Positions 63,593 through 64,000 of a stretch of 64,000 bases of DNA are shown piece by piece. Source of the DNA: a bacterium HR15 (lineage in GTDB: Bacteria > Armatimonadota > Fimbriimonadia > Fimbriimonadales > GBS-DC); contig BEHR01000011.1 of assembly GCA_002898555.1 (NCBI GenBank), forward strand, positions 1,229-65,228, read 5' to 3'. Within the stretch, counting starts at the first letter, position 1. Every line of letters begins with the position of its first letter. The position numbers were made by a program, and so were the translations under genes. The notes under the pieces are model-generated. The model was not told where the DNA came from, ran no database searches, and saw nothing but the letters and a program-made list of their open reading frames with translations.

Positions 63593-64000
63593 TTATTCCG
63601 ATGGGTCAAACGGCTCCGACCTGCCTAACGATTCGGGCGCCATGCTCCACAACACACCGTAGCGCAAGCCGTAGGTGCTGATGCGTACACTGGACTGGTT
63701 CACTGCGGAGAGTGCGCGTGCCAGAATCAGCGCACCCAGATGGAGTATGGGGGCCCGTGCGGGTTCAACGCCCGGTAGCCGTGCCCGCTCCGAATCGCTC
63801 AGGCTCAGCAACAGCCTTAGCATTTTGTGCAGCATGAGCTGGGTTAATCGGGAGCCGTGAACCCGTTCCAAGGAAAGCGCTTCTGGGGCGTGCAGTCCGC
63901 GCCAGAGCAATGCCAGATTGACCCCTGTGCCGCCAACCGTCACGACCTGTTCGGGTGGAGGTAATAAGCTTAGGAACCGAAATTGTCGGTCCAGCCACTG
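63593..64000 (-). CDS. Ppx/GppA-family phosphatase-like protein, 5'-truncated by the window edge
   Basis: The frame stays open to position 64000 (…LSLLPPPEQVVTVGGTGVNLA…). LPGVEPARAPILHLGALIL...VRISTYGLRYGVL resembles the Ppx/GppA domain II end. Confidence 0.45.
   Translation of the reverse strand, partial: QWLDRQFRFLSLLPPPEQVVTVGGTGVNLALLWRGLHAPEALSLERVHGSRLTQLMLHKMLRLLLSLSDSERARLPGVEPARAPILHLGALILARALSAVNQSSVRISTYGLRYGVLWSMAPESLGRSEPFDPSE

Overview
High-GC (about 60% by eye) bacterial chromosomal window with roughly 55 protein genes and 5 tRNAs; the lineage cannot be determined from sequence alone. Most of it is recognisable housekeeping: ruvC, a UDP-xylose-synthase-like SDR, flhF, acyl-CoA ligase, gcvT, radC, dnaG-rpoD, secDF, a tryptophanase/tyrosine phenol-lyase family gene, dnaA, PHP-type histidinol phosphatase, purF, glycerate kinase, ppdK, a PP2C phosphatase and miaA-hfq-dapF. 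Between these sit exported proteins with C-terminal dockerin-like modules and a cluster of exported proteases next to a cyclase-STAND-TPR gene. The stand-out is a low-GC block of about 10 kb on the minus strand (47654-57544). It holds ten tightly packed genes headed by an ECF sigma factor. Its products include a TssF-like protein, a TssK-like protein with a C-terminal zinc ribbon, an unclassifiable 555-aa protein, a frameshifted DUF6884-like gene, a Cys-rich exported protein and two membrane anchors, one with a PEGA domain. No sheath, tube, spike or ATPase genes are present in the window, and I know of no described system with this gene set. A second unexplained signal is a family of nested palindromic intergenic repeats (AAAATTTT-CTCYGGGGTACCC units). 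It has five copies, all in the same polarity, and one copy sits exactly at the right edge of the low-GC block. All family assignments come from motifs read by eye in the translations; no searches were run.
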